Assembly (NCBI GenBank): GCA_963729715.1
Contig: CAVSPA010000009.1
Location: forward strand, 1 to 64,000
Reading direction: 5' to 3'
Length of the DNA stretch: 64,000 bases
DNA from: an uncultured delta proteobacterium
GTDB taxonomy: Bacteria; Desulfobacterota; Syntrophia; Syntrophales; UBA2185
Below the pieces are notes generated by a model. It worked only from the letters and a program-made list of their open reading frames with translations. It had not been told where the DNA came from and did no database searches. Below, in pieces: positions 50,759 through 60,883 of this stretch. A program made the position numbers and the translations under genes. The number at the start of each line of letters is the position of its first letter. The first letter of the stretch is position 1.

Positions 50759-53014
50759 ATGAAGATCAAGACAAGATTGAAAGTGAATTCCTTTGTTAAT
50801 CTGAGCATGCTTTGTCTCGTAATGCTGTCTGTTGGCTGGTCTCTATGGGTGGCGTCCAAAGCCAGTCAGGATGCGTCTCTTCTTACGCGGATGGAGCAAG
50901 TGAACTTTGAACGAGCGCTCATAAGGGACGACTACTTGCTGCATCAGGAGAAGCGCGCCGTTAATCAGTCGAGAGTGAAGGCTGAGGAATTCAAGCTATT
51001 GTTGAAAGAAGCCAGGGAGAGGTTTACGAAACCGTCTGACCGGGCGCTTCTCGAAGAAATAGAGGAAGCTGACAGCGCGGGTACATCTATATTCTCGAGA
51101 CTACATGAGATGCGTATAAAAATGGCAAATAAAGGGCAAAGAGATATCCTTCATTCCGCGGGAGAAAGCAGGCTCGTCGGTCAGTTGATGGTGAGAAGCT
51201 ACGCCCGTGCCCATGGTATCGGCAGGCTTCAGGAATCTGTCAAAAAAGCGTCGGCTACAGCCTATCAGAGATCAGTTTTTCTTATAATTACGTTGATGGT
51301 TGTTGCGGTGATTATCACCATCGCCAATACAGCAGTAATCAGCAGAAACCTGGCAAAGCGCATTACTATACTCCTTGAAGGGACTGAGATCATAGGCGCG
51401 GGCAATCTGGACTATCATATTCACATGGAAGGCGATAATGAGCTTTCGAGCCTGGCAAGGGCATCCAATAAAATGGCCGGCAAATTGAAAGAATCCCATA
51501 CATCCGTGGAGAATTTATACAAGGAAATAGCCGAGCGCAAGCGGGCCGAGGATGAGATTCGCGCTACGCTCTATGGCATCGGAGACGGCGTAATCGCCAC
51601 GGATGCTTCGGGCCATGTCAAACGCATGAACCCCGTAGCCGAAACTCTGACGGGTTGGAGCGAATCAGATGCCTTGGATAAGCCTCTTTTACAAATCTTC
51701 CGTATCATCAATGAGGAGACGCGCCAGCCAGTCGATAACCCGGTGAATCGGGTAATCCGCGAGGGGCTGGTGGTGGGTCTGGCAAACCATACTTTGCTTG
51801 TAGCAAGTGACGGCACGGAGCGGCCAGTCGCTGACAGCGGCGCACCCATCCGTGATGCAAACGGTGTTATCACCGGCGCAGTCCTGGTCTTCCGCGATCA
51901 GACTGCCGAGAGGGCGGCGGCGGCGGCACTGAGGAAAAGCGAAGAGAAATATCGGGACATCGTTGAGAACGCTATTGAGGGTATCTACCAGACGAGCACC
52001 TCCGGGCAATACATATCTGTCAATCCCGCTTATGTTCGGATGCTCGGATACGAGTCTGCCGATGAATTGATGTCGAGCATCGCGGATATCTCTAAGCAAT
52101 TCTATGTTGATCCCAGCGAACGGGCCGAGCTCCTCGCTCTTCTCACCGAGCATGGTTCTGTATCCGGCTTCGAAATTCGGGCCTATCGCAAGGATAAAAG
52201 CATCATAAATTTAGCCGTGTCCACCCGTGCAGTTAAGGATGAGAAAGGAAACTTTATCTGCCTGGAAGGCATAGTGGAAGACATCACTGCACGCAAAGAG
52301 GCGGAGAAAGAGCTTCGTCGGCTGAATGAAGACCTTCTCCGCTCCAACAGAGAGCTTGAGCAGTTCGCCTATGTAGCATCACACGACCTGCAGGAGCCGC
52401 TCAGGATGGTGTCGAGCTACACACAGCTTCTTGCCAAACGATACGAGGGCAAACTCGATCAGGATGCCCATGACTTCATCCACTTCGCGGTAGACGGCGC
52501 CAACCGTATGCAGCGCCTCATCCATGACCTGCTGGCCTATTCCCGCATCACTACCCGCGGGAGCCCGTTCGCTCCTGTCGATTTGCATGAAGCGCTGGGG
52601 GAGGCCTCAGCAAACTTACAGACTGCGATTAGCGAATCCAGCGCGATGGTGACCAACGGCGAACTGCCCACGGTAAATGCCGACCGTACTCAGCTTGTGC
52701 AGGTCTTCCAGAACCTGGTTGGAAACGCGATCAAGTTCCGGAAGAAAGATGAGCCGCCGCGCATACACGTCGCCGGCGAGAGAGCAGGCGCAGAGTGGAT
52801 TATCTCGGTGAAGGACAACGGCATCGGGATCGACCCGCAATACTTCAACCGCCTCTTCACCATCTTTCAGCGCCTGCATGGAAAACAAGAATACCCCGGT
52901 ACCGGAGTTGGCCTCGCGATCTGTCAGCGGATCATGACGCGCCACGGAGGGCGGATTTGGGTGGAGAGCTCACCCGACGACGGCGCGACGTTTCGCTTCA
53001 CGATGAAGGCGTAA
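50759..53014 (+). CDS. Membrane histidine kinase (2 TM, HAMP, 2 PAS, BphP-type HisKA)
   Basis: FAYVASHDLQEPLR, NAIKF, GTGVGL. Confidence 0.94.
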   Translation: MKIKTRLKVNSFVNLSMLCLVMLSVGWSLWVASKASQDASLLTRMEQVNFERALIRDDYLLHQEKRAVNQSRVKAEEFKLLLKEARERFTKPSDRALLEEIEEADSAGTSIFSRLHEMRIKMANKGQRDILHSAGESRLVGQLMVRSYARAHGIGRLQESVKKASATAYQRSVFLIITLMVVAVIITIANTAVISRNLAKRITILLEGTEIIGAGNLDYHIHMEGDNELSSLARASNKMAGKLKESHTSVENLYKEIAERKRAEDEIRATLYGIGDGVIATDASGHVKRMNPVAETLTGWSESDALDKPLLQIFRIINEETRQPVDNPVNRVIREGLVVGLANHTLLVASDGTERPVADSGAPIRDANGVITGAVLVFRDQTAERAAAAALRKSEEKYRDIVENAIEGIYQTSTSGQYISVNPAYVRMLGYESADELMSSIADISKQFYVDPSERAELLALLTEHGSVSGFEIRAYRKDKSIINLAVSTRAVKDEKGNFICLEGIVEDITARKEAEKELRRLNEDLLRSNRELEQFAYVASHDLQEPLRMVSSYTQLLAKRYEGKLDQDAHDFIHFAVDGANRMQRLIHDLLAYSRITTRGSPFAPVDLHEALGEASANLQTAISESSAMVTNGELPTVNADRTQLVQVFQNLVGNAIKFRKKDEPPRIHVAGERAGAEWIISVKDNGIGIDPQYFNRLFTIFQRLHGKQEYPGTGVGLAICQRIMTRHGGRIWVESSPDDGATFRFTMKA

Positions 53015-53047
53015 TCAGCCGGCAATGAATAAGAAAGGAGCAATGAT

Positions 53048-53503
53048 ATGGATAAGTACACCGAGGGCAAGCCCATCGATATCCTTCTGGTGGAGGACAA
53101 TGAGGGCGACGCGCGCCTCGCGAAGGAAGCGATGCGCGACAGCAAAGTCAGGAACACTCTTTTCCACGTGCCCGATGGCGTGGAGGCCATGGCTTTCTTG
53201 CGCAAGGAGGGCAAATACGCGAAAGCACCGCGGCCAGATCTCATATTGCTTGACCTCAATCTGCCCAGGAAGGATGGGCGCGAGGTACTCGCAGACATCA
53301 AGGACGATAAGGATCTCAAGCGAATCCCCGTCGTCATCCTAACGGTCTCGAACGATGAAGCCGATGTCATCAAGACTTACAATTTGCACGCCAACTGCTA
53401 TATTACCAAGCCCATTGACCTCGGGCAATTCATCAAGGTCGTGAGATCCATCGAGGATTTTTGGCTTACGATTGTGAAGCTTCCCGACGGTCCCCAAACG
53501 TGA
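53048..53503 (+). CDS. Rcp1-like single-domain response regulator
   Basis: [24 protein letters not shown]. Confidence 0.93.
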   Translation: MDKYTEGKPIDILLVEDNEGDARLAKEAMRDSKVRNTLFHVPDGVEAMAFLRKEGKYAKAPRPDLILLDLNLPRKDGREVLADIKDDKDLKRIPVVILTVSNDEADVIKTYNLHANCYITKPIDLGQFIKVVRSIEDFWLTIVKLPDGPQT

Positions 53504-53513
53504 GGTAAAAGCG

Positions 53514-55604
53514 ATGAACCCGCGTAAGATCCGTGTACTGCTTATTGAGGATAACCCGGGAGACGCCCGTCTCGTAAGGGAGGTGTTAAGCGAAACGCCG
53601 GAAATCGGCATCCACGCTGTTGATCGGATATCCCTCGGCATTGAATACCTAATATCCAACCAGACGGACGTCGTGTTGCTTGACCTCGGGTTGCCTGACA
53701 GCCAGGGGCTTAACTCCCTGCGCGTCGTTTATGACGCCGCCCCTCACGTACCGGTCGTCGTCCTCACAGGACACGACGACGAGACGGTCGGACAGACGGC
53801 TATCCGGCAGGGCGCTCAGGACTATATAGTCAAGCCGGTAACGCAGGGACGGGCGCTCGCGAGGATTTTGCGTTTCGCTGTTGAGCGTAAGATATCTGAG
53901 GAGGAACTGCGCGCGGCCCATGATCGTGCGGAATGGCTGGCGCGGTTTCCCGAGGAAAATCCCAACCCCGTCCTGCGTGCGTCTATCGATGGAATCATTC
54001 TCTATTGCAATCCGGGATCAATGAAAATACGGGGGTGGGAGTATAAGGATGGCCAGAGACTCGCTGACCCTGTCCTTCCCCTTTTCGAACAGTCTATCAC
54101 CGAAGAACAGGCTATAGCGCAGGACATAGAGATTGGCGGACGGTTTTATTCCATTGCGATCAAGCAGATTCCTGAAAAAGGCTACGCCAACATTTATGGC
54201 ACAGACATCACCGAGCGTAAGTGCGCCGAGCTCCGGGAACAACTCGCACGCGAGGTACTGGAGATTCTGAACCATCTTGAGAGTCCTACGCAACCAATCC
54301 GCGACATCCTGCAGCTGATAAAGAATAGTACAGGTTTTGAAGCCGTGGGCATCCGTCTCCGGGAAGGCGATGACTTTCCGTATTATGAGGCCAATGGCTT
54401 TTCCGAGGACTTCATTCAGTCTGAGAGGTATTTGTGCGAATGTGACGAAGAGGGAAAGATCATTCGTGATGAACAGGGGCACCCCGTACTGGAGTGCATG
54501 TGCGGAAACATCCTCTGCCTCCGGACAGATCCCGCGTTACCCTTCTTCACCGAGAGGGGTAGCTTCTGGACTAACAGCACCACGGACCTTCAGGCCTCGA
54601 TGACTGAGGAGGAACGTCAGGCGCGAACCCGCAACCGCTGCAACGGCGAGGGTTACGAATCCGTGGCGCTCATCCCACTCCGCTCAGGCGAAGAGATCAT
54701 CGGGCTTCTTCAACTCAATGACCGCCGCCGCGACCGGTTCACATTGAAAACGATTTGTTTCTTCGAAGGGTTAGCTGCCAGCATCGGCATCGCGCTAGCC
54801 CGCAAGCGGGCGGAAGAAGAGGTAAAAAAATATTCGGTGGAATTGACAGAAAAAAATGAAGAGCTTCGCGCCATGACGCAGCAGCTCTGGCAGGCGGCAA
54901 AGCTGGCAACTATGGGAGAACTCGCGGCAAGCGTGGCCCATGAGCTGAACAATCCGCTGGCCACAATCAGCCTGCGTATTGAATCATTGCAGGAAAGGAT
55001 GGCGGCGAATAACCCCGATGGACATTCTCTTGAGATAATCAAAAAGGAAATCGAACGAATGGCAATTCTGATTGCAAACTTGCTCCAGTTCAGCCGTCGC
55101 AGCCAGCAGCAGATATCAACGGTGGATATCTGCGAAGAGATAGAGAAGGCCCTGGAACTGATTTACTACCACCTGCGTAAGCAGAACATCGTCATCCGGC
55201 GGGAGTTCCCGAAAAAGGCGCCGCGCATCCATGCGGACCGTGAGCAATTGCGGCAATTATTCTTGAATCTGTTTACCAATGCTAGCGACGCTATGCCTAG
55301 TGGCGGAACGCTTACGATTAAAGTGACTGCACCGCCGGAATCCCAGCAGGTCATGATGGAAGTTGCTGATACGGGCACGGGTATTTCCCCTGAGATTTTG
55401 CCGAAAGTGGCGGAACCGTTCTACACCACAAAACCGGAAGGGAAAGGCACGGGGCTGGGATTGGCAATATGCCGGCGCATCGTGCAGGAGCATAACGGGG
55501 CTTTCGATCTTACAAGTGAAGGTATTCCCGGCAAGGGAACGACAGTGCACATTTCGTTGCCTGTTACGAACGGGACGAATTCGGCCGGACTGAAAAATGA
55601 ATGA
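53514..55604 (+). CDS. Hybrid REC-PAS-GAF-histidine kinase (NtrB-type H box)
   Basis: LLDLGLPD; GELAASVAHELNNPL; PFYTTK..GKGTGLGL. Confidence 0.92.
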   Translation: MNPRKIRVLLIEDNPGDARLVREVLSETPEIGIHAVDRISLGIEYLISNQTDVVLLDLGLPDSQGLNSLRVVYDAAPHVPVVVLTGHDDETVGQTAIRQGAQDYIVKPVTQGRALARILRFAVERKISEEELRAAHDRAEWLARFPEENPNPVLRASIDGIILYCNPGSMKIRGWEYKDGQRLADPVLPLFEQSITEEQAIAQDIEIGGRFYSIAIKQIPEKGYANIYGTDITERKCAELREQLAREVLEILNHLESPTQPIRDILQLIKNSTGFEAVGIRLREGDDFPYYEANGFSEDFIQSERYLCECDEEGKIIRDEQGHPVLECMCGNILCLRTDPALPFFTERGSFWTNSTTDLQASMTEEERQARTRNRCNGEGYESVALIPLRSGEEIIGLLQLNDRRRDRFTLKTICFFEGLAASIGIALARKRAEEEVKKYSVELTEKNEELRAMTQQLWQAAKLATMGELAASVAHELNNPLATISLRIESLQERMAANNPDGHSLEIIKKEIERMAILIANLLQFSRRSQQQISTVDICEEIEKALELIYYHLRKQNIVIRREFPKKAPRIHADREQLRQLFLNLFTNASDAMPSGGTLTIKVTAPPESQQVMMEVADTGTGISPEILPKVAEPFYTTKPEGKGTGLGLAICRRIVQEHNGAFDLTSEGIPGKGTTVHISLPVTNGTNSAGLKNE

Positions 55605-55629
55605 CCGAGGCAAACGTTAGGAGCAAAGG

Positions 55630-58005
55630 ATGACACAGACGAATCCAAACCACAAGGTGGGCCGCCTGATCATCGTTGATGATGAAGCCGAATTAATGAC
55701 TGCTCTATCTGAGATTCTAACCAACCATGGGTATGAAGTTGCAGGGTATACAACGGGTGCCGAAGCCCTGACGAAGCTTAAGGAGCAGGACTTCGATCTG
55801 TTGCTGACAGACCTGATGATGCCCGAAATGGATGGAATTGAACTGCTTCAAGCCGCTTTCGTGATTGACCCGAACATTGTCGGTATTGTCATGACCGGGC
55901 AGGGAACAGTGCAGACGGCGGTGGAAGCCATGAAGACCGGCGCATTTGATTACATCATGAAGCCGTTTAATTTGAACACTCTCCTGCCGGTGCTGTCGCG
56001 AGCCATGGCAGTACGTCATCTGAGAACAGAAAACATTCAATTACGGGAAACCGTGGCGATGCATGAACTTGGACAGGCATTGGCATTCACTTCGGATTTG
56101 AACCAGATACTGGATAAAGTGACAGACGCTGCGCTGCAACAGTGCGATGCGGACGAGGCGTCTATTATGCTGCCGACATCCGATGGCAAAGAGCTTATTA
56201 TTGCCGTGGCGCGCGGCGGGCATGCAGAACACATAGGAAAAAGAATACCGGTAGGACAGGGTATCGCGGGATGGGTGGCTCATAATCTAAAGCCCGTTAC
56301 TCTGAATGGAGAGGTTCATGACAAACGTTTTACGCCGATCAACCCAAGGGCTGACATACATAACGCGATTTCCCTTCCGCTGCTCGTAGGGAACAGTTTA
56401 GTCGGTGTGTTGAATGTCAGTATCATCCGTTCCCACCGTCCTTTCACATTGGGGCAGATCAAGGCATTGGGACTGCTGGTCACCATCGCATCCTCCATTA
56501 TTGAGAATGCACGGCTGTCTGCCGAGAAAAAACGGGCGGAAGATCTCTACAGAACCCTGGCCGAAGATTCTCTTGCCGCTGTCTTTATAGTGCAGGATGG
56601 GAAATTTTGTTTCATTAACGCTGCCGTTGCGTCCATGGGTTATTCTCCGGGAGAGCTCATAGGACGTGATTCTGATGCTATCATTCACCCCGAAGACAGG
56701 GATATCGTGAAGAAGATGGGCCGCGAGATGCTGCGGGGAGAACACACCGCGCCTTTCGAATACAGGATCGTAACCAAGCAGGGACAGATCAGGTGGTTAA
56801 TGCAAATTGTATCTCCCATCCTGCATGAAGGAAGGCCGGCTATACTGGGTAATGCCACAGATATCACCGAGCTCAGGAGGGCGGAGGAGGCTTTAAAAAA
56901 AGCGCTTAATTTCCGGCAACAGTTGATTGATGCACTGCCGGTGCCGGTATTTTACAAGGATTCAGCGTGCGTATATCTGGGATGCAACAGAGCCTTTGAA
57001 CAATTTTTTGGACAGAAAAGAAAAGAGATTGTCGGCAAATCGGTCTACGATATTTCGCCGAAGGAACTTGCTGATATCTATCATGAACAGGATCTGGCTC
57101 TGTTGCAAAGTCAAAAAATACAGATTTATGAATCTTTAGTAAAAGACGCAGGTGAAGTTGTTCATAATGTGATCTTCCACAAGGCAACATTCCCCGAAAT
57201 GGATGGTTCAGTTGGTGGTTTGATTGGGGCCATTCTGGATATCACCGAGCGCAAGCGGGCTGAAGAAGAAATCAAGAAACTAAACGCCGAACTGGAGCAA
57301 CGTGTCATTGACCGCACGGCGCAACTGGAAACCGCCAACAAGAACCTGGAGGCCTTCTCCTATTCTGCTTCTCACGACCTGAGGGCGCCGCTGAGGAGCA
57401 TCGAGGGGTTCAGCCAGGCCCTGCTGGAAGAGTATCATGAGAAACTGGGCGAAACAGGGAAGAATTATCTGAATCGCATCCGCAAGGCGACGCAGCGCAT
57501 GGGCTTTCTAATCGACGACCTGCTGAAGCTCTCACAGGTGACCCGGTCCGAGTTGCGCTGTGAATCGCTTGATCTGAGTAGCATAGCCCGGGAGATTTTT
57601 GAGGCGATACAGCAGAGCGGCCCCCAGCGAACCGTCGATTTGGTTCTTCAGGAGGGGGTTGTCGCCCGGGGCGATTCCTACCTGATGCAGATCGCTCTGC
57701 GGAACCTGCTGGACAATGCCTGGAAGTTCACCAGCAAAGAGGTCCGGCCCCGGATCGAATTCGGAACGACGGTCAAGGATGGAGAAATCGTCTATTCTGT
57801 TCGGGACAATGGCGTGGGGTTTGACATGGCCTATGTGGACAAGTTGTTCGGCGCTTTTCAGCGCCTCCATGCCAAGGAGGAATTCACCGGGACAGGGATA
57901 GGCCTGGCGACGGTTAAACGCATCATTACCCGCCACGGTGGATATGTCTGGGCGGAGGGAGAGGTCGGAAAAGGGGCGACATTTTACTTTACGCTGCCCC
58001 TGTGA
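55630..58005 (+). CDS. Hybrid REC-GAF-PAS-PAS-histidine kinase
   Basis: [30 protein letters not shown]. Confidence 0.93.
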   Translation: MTQTNPNHKVGRLIIVDDEAELMTALSEILTNHGYEVAGYTTGAEALTKLKEQDFDLLLTDLMMPEMDGIELLQAAFVIDPNIVGIVMTGQGTVQTAVEAMKTGAFDYIMKPFNLNTLLPVLSRAMAVRHLRTENIQLRETVAMHELGQALAFTSDLNQILDKVTDAALQQCDADEASIMLPTSDGKELIIAVARGGHAEHIGKRIPVGQGIAGWVAHNLKPVTLNGEVHDKRFTPINPRADIHNAISLPLLVGNSLVGVLNVSIIRSHRPFTLGQIKALGLLVTIASSIIENARLSAEKKRAEDLYRTLAEDSLAAVFIVQDGKFCFINAAVASMGYSPGELIGRDSDAIIHPEDRDIVKKMGREMLRGEHTAPFEYRIVTKQGQIRWLMQIVSPILHEGRPAILGNATDITELRRAEEALKKALNFRQQLIDALPVPVFYKDSACVYLGCNRAFEQFFGQKRKEIVGKSVYDISPKELADIYHEQDLALLQSQKIQIYESLVKDAGEVVHNVIFHKATFPEMDGSVGGLIGAILDITERKRAEEEIKKLNAELEQRVIDRTAQLETANKNLEAFSYSASHDLRAPLRSIEGFSQALLEEYHEKLGETGKNYLNRIRKATQRMGFLIDDLLKLSQVTRSELRCESLDLSSIAREIFEAIQQSGPQRTVDLVLQEGVVARGDSYLMQIALRNLLDNAWKFTSKEVRPRIEFGTTVKDGEIVYSVRDNGVGFDMAYVDKLFGAFQRLHAKEEFTGTGIGLATVKRIITRHGGYVWAEGEVGKGATFYFTLPL

Positions 58006-58052
58006 AGTTTGATACTCAAAGTAAACCACTCATTTTTTTAGGTGAGAAAACC

Positions 58053-58502
58053 ATGAAAGAGAAAATTATTCTGCTGGTGGAGGACGATCCCGATGATGTG
58101 GATTTGACGATTCGGGCCTTCAAGAAGAACAATATCCTGAACAAAGTGATTGTTGCGAAAGACGGTGTGGAAGCCCTGGATTACCTTTTCTGCACGGGCA
58201 CGTATGCCGGGCGGAATGTGAAGGAAATGCCCGTCGTCGTCCTGCTGGATCTGAAGCTGCCAAAAATAGACGGCTTGGAGGTTCTGAGAAATATCCGTCA
58301 GAATGAGATCACCTGTCTGCTTCCAGTTGTCATCCTGACCTCCTCGGCAGAGCAGAAGGACCTGATCGACGGGTACAGCCTGGGCGCCAACAGTTATATC
58401 CGTAAACCTGTTGAGCTTGACCAGTTCGTGGAGGCCGTGAAGCACCTTGGGCTTTACTGGCTTCTCTGGAATGAACCGCCTCCAATGGGAAAGCGAGGAT
58501 AA
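58053..58502 (+). CDS. Single-domain response regulator
   Basis: LLVEDD, LLDLKLPKIDG, GANSYIRKP. Confidence 0.93.
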   Translation: MKEKIILLVEDDPDDVDLTIRAFKKNNILNKVIVAKDGVEALDYLFCTGTYAGRNVKEMPVVVLLDLKLPKIDGLEVLRNIRQNEITCLLPVVILTSSAEQKDLIDGYSLGANSYIRKPVELDQFVEAVKHLGLYWLLWNEPPPMGKRG

Positions 58503-58507
58503 AGAAG

Positions 58508-60676
58508 ATGAGCAAGCCACTGCATGTTCTCATGATTGAAGATTCGGAAGACGACGCCCTGCTGATGCTCCGTGAACTCAAGAAGGGCGGCTATGAGCCG
58601 TTGTATAAGCGCGTGGAGACCGCCGAGACCATGAGTGCCGCCCTGAAGGAAAAGACCTGGGACGTGATCCTCTGCGACTACCAGATGCCGCAATTCAACG
58701 GTCTTGCGGCCATTGCCTTGTTGAAGGAAACCGGTATCGACATTCCCATCATTATTGTGTCCGGCGCCATCGGTGAAGAGACGGCTGCTGATTGTATGCG
58801 GTTCGGCGCCCATGACTATGTGATGAAGGGCAACCTGTCGAGGCTTGTTCCTGCCACAGAACGGGAGCTGAAAGATATCTTGGTGAGACGGGCGCGAAAG
58901 CAGGCAGAGAAGGAGTGGGAAAATATTTTTCAGGCGATTGCGCATCCCACGCTTATCCTTGATCCCACACACGGCATCATAGCCGCAAACAAGGCGGCTG
59001 TGTGCGCCTCCGGCATGTCTCGAACAGATCTTATCGGTAGACAATGCTATGATGTCTTTCACGGCAAGGATGGATGTTCCCCGCCTCCGGGATGCCCCGT
59101 GGGAAAATTGCTTGTTTCGGGCCAAGCCGAAACGTTAGATGCGGAAATGGAAACGTTGGGAGGCGTGTTCCTCGTTTCCTGCACTCCTATCCATGATCAG
59201 CAGGGCCGTGTAGAAAAAATAATACATATAGCGATGGACATCACCGAGCGCAAGCGGGCAGAAGAAGCACTCCGCTCTTCAGAGCGGCGTCTGTCTGACA
59301 TCATAGAATTTTTTCCTGATGCCACGCTGGTCATTGACAATGAGGGAAAGGTCATTGCCTGGAACCATGCCATTGAGATCATGACCGGGGTCAAAGCAGA
59401 GGACATGCTCGGCAAGGAAAATTATGAGTATGCCGTTGCCTTCTATGGAGAGAGAAGACCGACCCTGATTGACATTGCCCTTCATCCGGAACTGGAAAGA
59501 GAGAAATCCTATACCAACTTTGAACAAAAAGGAGACATTCTTTTCGGCGAGTCCTACGCCCCCGGCCTGTTTGGTGACGATGTTCACCTTTCGGCGACGG
59601 CTTCTGTCCTGAGGGATGTCAGGGGTAAGATTGTTGCGGCCATCGAGTGCATCCGAGACGATACCGAACGCAAACAGGCGCAGGAAGATCTTAGCCGGGC
59701 CGAGGCTGAGTATCGAAGCATTTTTGAAAATGCCCAGGAGGGTATCTTTCGGATAACCCCCGAAGGACAATTCATTACCGCCAATCAGGCCATGGCGGAG
59801 ATGTTGGGCCATGACTCCCCCCGGGAGCTTTTCAGTGCCATCACCGACATTTCCCGTCAGCTCTATGTAGATCCGAGAGACCTTGAAGCGTTAAAGGAGA
59901 TGATTAAGGGGTACGGACCTCTAAAAGGATATGAAACTCAACTTTACCGGAAGGATGGCAGCACAATTTGGATATCCCTGAACATGAATAGTGTCCATGA
60001 TGTGGAGGGCAATGTCAACTGTTATGAAGGTATGATGGAAGATATAACTATGAGAAGAAAGGCGGACGAGGAACGTAAATACAATATCGAAAAGTTACGG
60101 AAGGTGTTGGGAGGCACTGTCAAGGCAATTGCTAATACCGTTGAAATGAGGGACCCATATACAGCGGGTCATCAACGGAGAGTATCTGATCTTGCCCGTT
60201 CCGTCGCAGTGGAAATGCATCTTTCAAGCACTCAGATCGACTGCATGCGCGTGGCGAGTATAATTCATGATATCGGGAAGATTTCAGTGCCCGCGGAAAT
60301 TCTCAGCAAGCCAAAAAGATTAACCGACGCGGAATTCAGCCTGATAAAAACACATTGTCAGTCAGGGCATGACATATTGAAGGATATTGAGTTTCCCTGG
60401 CCCGTAGCGAGGATAATTCTGGAACATCATGAGAGGATGGATGGTTCCGGGTATCCGGGTGGGTTAACCGGAAAAAACCTGCTTGTCGAATCCCGGATTC
60501 TGGCGGTTGCCGATGTGGTGGAAGCTATTGCTTCACACCGTCCATATCGGCCTGGCCTGGGCATCGATGCTGCATTGGATGAAATTTCGAAGAATAAGGG
60601 AATCCTTTATGACGCGGAGGTCGTGCATGCCTGTTTAAATCTATTCCATGAGAAAGGATATACACTGCCGGTCTGA
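58508..60676 (+). CDS. REC-3xPAS-HD-GYP c-di-GMP phosphodiesterase
   Basis: RDPYTAGH, HDIGK, HHERMDGSGYP, ADV, RPYR. Confidence 0.94.
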   Translation: MSKPLHVLMIEDSEDDALLMLRELKKGGYEPLYKRVETAETMSAALKEKTWDVILCDYQMPQFNGLAAIALLKETGIDIPIIIVSGAIGEETAADCMRFGAHDYVMKGNLSRLVPATERELKDILVRRARKQAEKEWENIFQAIAHPTLILDPTHGIIAANKAAVCASGMSRTDLIGRQCYDVFHGKDGCSPPPGCPVGKLLVSGQAETLDAEMETLGGVFLVSCTPIHDQQGRVEKIIHIAMDITERKRAEEALRSSERRLSDIIEFFPDATLVIDNEGKVIAWNHAIEIMTGVKAEDMLGKENYEYAVAFYGERRPTLIDIALHPELEREKSYTNFEQKGDILFGESYAPGLFGDDVHLSATASVLRDVRGKIVAAIECIRDDTERKQAQEDLSRAEAEYRSIFENAQEGIFRITPEGQFITANQAMAEMLGHDSPRELFSAITDISRQLYVDPRDLEALKEMIKGYGPLKGYETQLYRKDGSTIWISLNMNSVHDVEGNVNCYEGMMEDITMRRKADEERKYNIEKLRKVLGGTVKAIANTVEMRDPYTAGHQRRVSDLARSVAVEMHLSSTQIDCMRVASIIHDIGKISVPAEILSKPKRLTDAEFSLIKTHCQSGHDILKDIEFPWPVARIILEHHERMDGSGYPGGLTGKNLLVESRILAVADVVEAIASHRPYRPGLGIDAALDEISKNKGILYDAEVVHACLNLFHEKGYTLPV

Positions 60677-60740
60677 TATTCATATTAACGAAATGCAGAA
60701 CACGAATGTCCCATCTATCGGGCGTGAAAATATGTGCTCA

Positions 60741-60813
60741 ATGTCATTTCGACCGATTAGGGAGAAATCCTTATTCAAGATTTCTCAGTCACTCCGTTCC
60801 TTCGAAATGACAT
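60741..60813. repeat. Nested palindromic intergenic element (REP-like)
   Basis: ATGTCATTTCGA/TCGAAATGACAT outer and GAGAAATC/GATTTCTC inner IR; half copy at 42840-42866. Confidence 0.7.
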
Positions 60814-60883
60814 GCCAAATCATGAATCGATAAGCGGTGTTTTACAACCCCGCCTGAATCGAGTTTTATTCGGGAGATTATTG

